Assembly: GCA_026003895.1 (NCBI GenBank)
Contig: BPIC01000003.1
Span: 49,022 to 113,021, forward strand
Reading direction: 5' to 3'
Source: Dehalococcoidia bacterium
GTDB lineage: Bacteria > Chloroflexota > Dehalococcoidia > SpSt-223
Length of the DNA: 64,000 nucleotides
Shown: piece by piece, positions 59,331-64,000 of the stretch
Layout: every line of letters starts with the position of its first letter
Numbering within the stretch: position 1 is the stretch's first letter
Position numbers and translations under genes: made by a program
The notes under the pieces: generated by a model
Database searches by the model: none
What the model was told of the DNA's origin: nothing
The model's input: only the letters and a program-made list of their open reading frames with translations

Positions 59331-60698
59331 ATGGCCAAGGCGCGCACACGCACCGTCTTTTTCTGTCAACAGTGCGGCGGCGAGCAGTCCCGATGGCTCG
59401 GGCGCTGCCCGGATTGCGGCACGTGGAACAGCCTGGTCGAAGCGCAGGTGGAGCGGAACCCTGCTCCTGCGGCGCTCCCTGCGCTGCCGAAGGCGGAGCC
59501 ACAGTCGCTGCCAACGATTACGGCCGATCGGTTTGAGCGCATCACCGTCGAGTACGACGAGTTCAATCGCGTGCTCGGCGGCGGGATCGTTCCGGGGTCG
59601 CTCGTGCTCATCGGTGGCGAGCCGGGCGTCGGCAAGAGCACGCTGCTTGCGCAAGTCTCGGGGGCGCTCGTTCAAAAAATTGGCAAAGTGCTCTACATCT
59701 CCGGCGAGGAGTCCGTTCAGCAAATCAAGCTGCGTGCCGACCGGCTGGGGATCCGCGAGGCCGACCTGTATCTGCTTGCCGAAACGTCGCTCGACGACGC
59801 CCTCGCCGCCATGGAGAGCTTACAGCCGCGCGCTGTCGTGGTTGACTCAATTCAGACGATGTACCTTGAATCGCTTGAATCGGCAGCGGGCTCGGTGAGT
59901 CAGGTGCGCGAGTGCGCCGTGCGGCTGCAGCGTTGGGCAAAGGCGCGGCACGTGCCGATCTTCCTCGTGGGCCATGTCACCAAGGAGGGCGCGATCGCCG
60001 GGCCTCGCGTGCTCGAGCACATCGTCGACTGCGTGCTCTACCTCGAAGGGGAGCGGTTTCAGAGCTACCGTCTGTTGCGCAGCACCAAGAATCGGTTCGG
60101 CTCGACTCATGAGATCGGCGTCTTTGAAATGCAAGGTGACGGCCTCGTCGAAGTCTTGAACCCCTCGGCCGCGTTCTTGGCCGAGCGCTCCGAGACGGCG
60201 ACCGGATCGGCCGTGACCGTCACGATGGAGGGCACCCGGCCCATCCTCGTCGAGATCCAAGCGCTCACCAGTCCGAGCGCGTACGGGATGGCACGACGCA
60301 CGGCCAACGGCATCGACATGAACCGACTGCACCTTCTGACCGCAGTCCTCACCAAGCGCGTCGGTCTCGACCTCGGTGCGCAAGACATCTTCGTCAACGT
60401 GGTTGGCGGCCTGAAAATCGGTGAGCCGGCGGCGGACCTCGCCATCGCCCTCGCGGTTGCGTCCTCGTTTCGCGATCTGGCGCTCGATCACGAGATGGTC
60501 TATCTCGGTGAGGTTGGGCTCGGCGGAGAGCTTCGCTCCACCGGCCAGATCGAACGTCGGCTGCTCGAAGCGTCCAAGCTCGGGTTCAGCCGGGCGCTCA
60601 TCCCTGCCGCCATCAAGCGCGATCGTATCAATGTCGAGGGAATGCGCCTGATCGCGGCGGCGGACCTTGCCTCGGCGATTGAACTGTTCGCTGACTAA
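59331..60698 (+). CDS. radA: DNA repair protein RadA/Sms
   Basis: CQQCG...CPDC Zn finger, GEPGVGKST Walker A, KNRFG motif and Lon-like C-terminal domain. Confidence 0.97.
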   Translation: MAKARTRTVFFCQQCGGEQSRWLGRCPDCGTWNSLVEAQVERNPAPAALPALPKAEPQSLPTITADRFERITVEYDEFNRVLGGGIVPGSLVLIGGEPGVGKSTLLAQVSGALVQKIGKVLYISGEESVQQIKLRADRLGIREADLYLLAETSLDDALAAMESLQPRAVVVDSIQTMYLESLESAAGSVSQVRECAVRLQRWAKARHVPIFLVGHVTKEGAIAGPRVLEHIVDCVLYLEGERFQSYRLLRSTKNRFGSTHEIGVFEMQGDGLVEVLNPSAAFLAERSETATGSAVTVTMEGTRPILVEIQALTSPSAYGMARRTANGIDMNRLHLLTAVLTKRVGLDLGAQDIFVNVVGGLKIGEPAADLAIALAVASSFRDLALDHEMVYLGEVGLGGELRSTGQIERRLLEASKLGFSRALIPAAIKRDRINVEGMRLIAAADLASAIELFAD

Positions 60699-60724
60699 GG
60701 TACGATGATCCGGCAGGAGGACAC

Positions 60725-61498
60725 ATGCGTCGGGGCTACGCGACCACTTCGCACGGGCAGATTCACTTTCGCGAGTTGGGGGCAGGCGCCCCGCTCGTGC
60801 TCCTCCACCATTCGACGCGATCATCGGACGTTTGGCGAGAGATCGCGCCCTCGTTGGCCGAACGGTTTCGGGTTGTGGCGCTCGATACACCTGGCTTCGG
60901 GAATTCGTCACCACCCGCTGCGCCGCCCGGCCTCGCCGGCTACACGCAGGCGTTCCTCGAGGCGCTTGGCGCCCTTGGGATTGGGCGCTTTGCGCTCTTC
61001 GGCTTTCTGACTGGGGCGGCGCTCGCGCTCGAGCTTGCGGCACGCCACCCCGACCGCGTGACGAAGCTGATCCTTGGCGCTTGCCCAGTGATCGACGACC
61101 GCGAGGCTTGGCTGCGCGCCGCAACGGTCACTCCGCTCCAGCCAACTGGCAGCCACTTGACGACGCTGTGGCGCGGCTACGCCGATGGGGCGTATCGCGG
61201 CTGGGGCACGCTTGAGCAGGTGCAGCGCGCGACGATCGACAGCGCCACCGCCGGACCGGTTCAGGCGCACTACGCGCATCAAGCAGTCGCCGAGCTGGAC
61301 GTTCGGATGCGTATCCCCGCGGTTGCCGCGCCAACCCTGCTGGTGTACGGCGCCCGCGGGCCGTTCGCCGGACGTCAGACCGAAATCACACCGCTCTTCC
61401 GCACCGCCGAGCGCATGGAACTTGACTGCGGCCCACTGATCATGCAGGAACGGCCGGATGAGCTCTGCCGGATTGTTACCGACTTCTTGACCCGCTGA
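60725..61498 (+). CDS. Alpha/beta hydrolase fold protein (catalytic residues atypical)
   Basis: PLVLLH, VVALDTPGFGNS and PTLLVYG motifs; elbow GFLTG. CAGGAGG SD. Confidence 0.85.
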   Translation: MRRGYATTSHGQIHFRELGAGAPLVLLHHSTRSSDVWREIAPSLAERFRVVALDTPGFGNSSPPAAPPGLAGYTQAFLEALGALGIGRFALFGFLTGAALALELAARHPDRVTKLILGACPVIDDREAWLRAATVTPLQPTGSHLTTLWRGYADGAYRGWGTLEQVQRATIDSATAGPVQAHYAHQAVAELDVRMRIPAVAAPTLLVYGARGPFAGRQTEITPLFRTAERMELDCGPLIMQERPDELCRIVTDFLTR

Positions 61499-61572
61499 GG
61501 GGAACACGCGCGACCGTAAAGCCCGTCACGCTGCGAGGGGTCGGGCGAGGTGAGACGGATGCCCTCGGGAGG

Positions 61573-62049
61573 CTACGGCGCCCGTTCAACGAGTGCGACG
61601 GCCTGCGCCGCGATTCCTTCGCCCCGACCAGTGAAGCCGAGTCCATCGGTCGTCGTCGCCTTGACACTCACTGCAGTTACCGGCAAGCTGAGATCCGCTG
61701 CGATGGCCGCGCTCATCGCCTCGCGATAGGGAGCGAGTTTCGGCCGCTCGGCGATGATGACGAGATCGAGGTTGACGACCTGCCAGCCCTCGCTGGCCAG
61801 CGTTGCCGCAACGTCGCGCAGCAGCGAACGGCTGGAGACCCCGCGGTAGCGCTCGTCCGACGACGGGAAGCGTTCACCGATATCGCCCAATCCGGCTGCG
61901 CCAAGCAGCGCATCGATCGCGGCGTGAAGGGCGGCGTCGCCGTCGGAGTGACCCTCGAGACCGCGATCGTGCGGGATCTCGATCCCGCCGAGCACGAGGC
62001 GCCGGCCCGGCACCAGTCGGTGGGCGTCGAATCCGATTCCTATCCGCAC
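61573..62049 (-). CDS. ispF: 2-C-methyl-D-erythritol 2,4-cyclodiphosphate synthase
   Basis: RIGIGFDAH, GHSDGD, GDIG..FP and KATTTDGLGF.GRGEG motifs. Confidence 0.97.
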   Translation of the reverse strand: MRIGIGFDAHRLVPGRRLVLGGIEIPHDRGLEGHSDGDAALHAAIDALLGAAGLGDIGERFPSSDERYRGVSSRSLLRDVAATLASEGWQVVNLDLVIIAERPKLAPYREAMSAAIAADLSLPVTAVSVKATTTDGLGFTGRGEGIAAQAVALVERAP

Positions 62050-62696
62050 CGCAGGATCGCCTCCGCGAGCGCCAAGTCGGCCGCGGTCGTCACTTTCAGG
62101 TTGCGTTCCGAACCGAGGAAGACGCGCACCGGCACGCCGAGGGCCTCGACCGCCGCAGCGTCGTCCGTCACGTCGCGGTCGCTCTCCAATGCCAACTCGA
62201 TCAGCTCGGTGCGAAAGACTTGTGGCGTTTGGGCTGCCCAGAGCCGGGCGCGGTCGACGGTGGCGATGATCCGGTCGTTCTCGACGCGCTTGATGGTGTC
62301 GCGGACGGGAAGCGCGGCGATCGCCGCGCCGGTTTCGCGGGCGGCTTCGAGCCCGCGCTCGATGATCTCCGGCGTGACCAGCGGCCGGGCGGCATCGTGA
62401 ATCAGCACCCAGTCCGCCTCGGCACGGCGCACTCCGGCAAGCACCGAATCCTGCCGCCGTGCCCCGCCGACCGTCACGGCGCGTAGCTTCTTCCAGCCCC
62501 GCTCTGCGGCAAGCGCCTCGCCGCGCGTCGCCGTCTCAGAGCGCAGCACGAGGACAATCCCGTCGATCACTGGCGACGCCTCGAACGCCGCGACGGTGTG
62601 GGCGAGCAGCGGCGCCCCGGCGAGGTCCGCAAAGATCTTGTCCCCGCCAAAGCGACTGCCGCTCCCCGCTCCAACGATGACGGCGACGGCACTCAT
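62040..62696 (-). CDS. ispD: 2-C-methyl-D-erythritol 4-phosphate cytidylyltransferase
   Basis: AGSGSRFG..K, GGARRQDSV, IHDAARP, QTPQVF and NLKVTT motifs. Confidence 0.96.
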   Translation of the reverse strand: MSAVAVIVGAGSGSRFGGDKIFADLAGAPLLAHTVAAFEASPVIDGIVLVLRSETATRGEALAAERGWKKLRAVTVGGARRQDSVLAGVRRAEADWVLIHDAARPLVTPEIIERGLEAARETGAAIAALPVRDTIKRVENDRIIATVDRARLWAAQTPQVFRTELIELALESDRDVTDDAAAVEALGVPVRVFLGSERNLKVTTAADLALAEAILRCG

Positions 62697-63319
62697 GGCG
62701 CCCGCTCGCGCGTGGGGGCTTCCAGTTCGGCCGGAGCGTGGCCATTGGGGTGCGGCGTGACCTCGGGAAGGAGAGCGACGCGGGGCGAGGTAGCCGGCCG
62801 CGCCGCCGAGACCTGGCGAACGAGCAGCCGGCGCAGCAACGCCGGTCGGCCAGCAAAAGCAAGCGCACCCGCGAGGCCGCAGCCGGCGGTCACGAAGAAG
62901 GGGAGCCAAGCGCCGAGGCCCGCCTCCGGCCGAGGGAGCGGCTGGACGAGCAAGAGGCCGATCGTCAGCCCGAGGATCGCGCCGAGCGCCGCGCCGGCCA
63001 GTTGGAACGGGCCGAGACGGCTAAGCAATTCCGCCGCCCAGAGCGCCGGTCGCGTCGTGAGAATCGGCGCAGCGACCGCAGCCAAGGCCGCTGCGCCGCC
63101 GACCGCCAGCACGAGGAAACGCGATTCGAGGAGATCGACGTACACCACGCCCTCACCTTCCAACCAGCCCCAGACGAGACCGCCCGCCCACAGTGCGGCA
63201 GCAACCCGGATCGGCAGCTCGATGAGAGGGAGGAGCACACTCCGAGCCCACAGCCACGGCCGGACGGGCCGCAAGCGAGCGTGTGCAAGGGAAGGACGAT
63301 GGCGCACGGTGCGTCGCAC
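62693..63319 (-). CDS. YacL-like membrane protein lacking PIN and TRAM domains (start uncertain: 63319 or 63238)
   Basis: APILTTRPA.W...L......QL.G...G.I.GL TM pattern of the YacL N-terminus; overlaps the ispD start. Confidence 0.65.
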   Translation of the reverse strand: MRRTVRHRPSLAHARLRPVRPWLWARSVLLPLIELPIRVAAALWAGGLVWGWLEGEGVVYVDLLESRFLVLAVGGAAALAAVAAPILTTRPALWAAELLSRLGPFQLAGAALGAILGLTIGLLLVQPLPRPEAGLGAWLPFFVTAGCGLAGALAFAGRPALLRRLLVRQVSAARPATSPRVALLPEVTPHPNGHAPAELEAPTRERAP

Positions 63320-63608
63320 GTCATAGATCCTAGTCGATAGTGCGCACACACAGGGATCGCCGTCGAATGCGGACTGCGTCGGCATCAGCGGCACGAAGCC
63401 GAGGCTCCTCAGCGCGAAGACGAACACCCCGACGGGCTGCGCCCGGCCGCCACCGGGATTCTGAACGACCCGCGGGGGCACGCCGACCGAGATGCGAATG
63501 GTCATTCCGGCTGTCGTAGCCGACGGAGACGCGGACTCGACCGCTCGTTGGACCGACACCGTCGCGGATCGGCCGAACCCGCAGGCGGAGACCGAAGAAG
63601 AAATCGGC

Positions 63609-64000
63609 TTAGTTTTCGGCGCTCACTCGACGCGAGAAGCGTCGCCGGACGAGGCCGAACGCTTGGTGGCGGTAGTCCTGCCAGATGTGCACAAGCGTTG
63701 GCAGCGCCGAGACGAGGATGATCAGCGCGATGATCGGCAGAAGATACTTATCGACGTCGGGGATCAAGCTGCCGAGGAAATACCCTGCGAGAGTCACCCC
63801 CACTGCCCAGAGCAGCGCCCCGAAGATGTTGTAGAAAACGAAATCCCGATAGCGCATTGAGCCGATCCCGGCGACGATCGGCGCGAACGTCCGGATCGCT
63901 GGAAGAAAGCGCGCCAGTACGATCGTTTTGCCGCCATGCTTGCGGTAGAAGGCTTCCGTGCGCTCGATATTCTTCCGGTGAAAGAAGAAGGACTCCTCGC
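63609..64000 (-). CDS. DedA/VTT family membrane protein (5' partial)
   Basis: FY.KHGGKTIVLARFLPAIRTFAPIVAG and F..YNIFGALLW motifs. Confidence 0.93.
   Translation of the reverse strand, partial: EESFFFHRKNIERTEAFYRKHGGKTIVLARFLPAIRTFAPIVAGIGSMRYRDFVFYNIFGALLWAVGVTLAGYFLGSLIPDVDKYLLPIIALIILVSALPTLVHIWQDYRHQAFGLVRRRFSRRVSAEN

Noticed and set aside
1-64000. CRISPR arrays, tRNA/rRNA, IS elements, prophage
   Set aside because: No regularly spaced repeats, tRNA cloverleaf (GTTCGA hits at ~35250 and ~59087 lack arms), transposase, integrase or phage structural motifs were seen by eye.

Overview
High-GC bacterial chromosome segment; by gene content most like Chloroflexota (class F sortase, GT39/PMT-like protein, F420-type LLM enzymes, Tat substrate-binding lipoprotein), which is an inference. 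Housekeeping blocks: zwf-opcA-pgl, hisH-A-F-(orf)-IE, addB-addA, radA, ispD-ispF. Accessory blocks: an amidase/CoA-transferase/lyase/aldolase catabolic operon, a 7-gene surface-glycan cluster and several secreted or membrane proteins. No rRNA, tRNA, CRISPR array or transposase was seen. Best-supported hidden signal: a DsbA/FrnE-type oxidoreductase missed by the ORF track because its active-site codon is TGA (SDFV-U-PWC), followed by a SECIS-like hairpin with the same GGUCU loop as E. coli fdhF, i.e. a selenoprotein. Other highlights: a beta/gamma-crystallin-like secreted protein split by one in-frame TAG; an AddAB whose AddA nuclease motifs are lost; an orphan EssC/FtsK-like ATPase; a sortase F translationally coupled to a CPBP protease; an unknown gene embedded in the his operon; a PIN/TRAM-less YacL beside an inverted radA. 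Three genes carry apparent +1 frameshifts, mostly in C/G runs, suggesting consensus errors in the assembly, so single-base anomalies need read-level checking.
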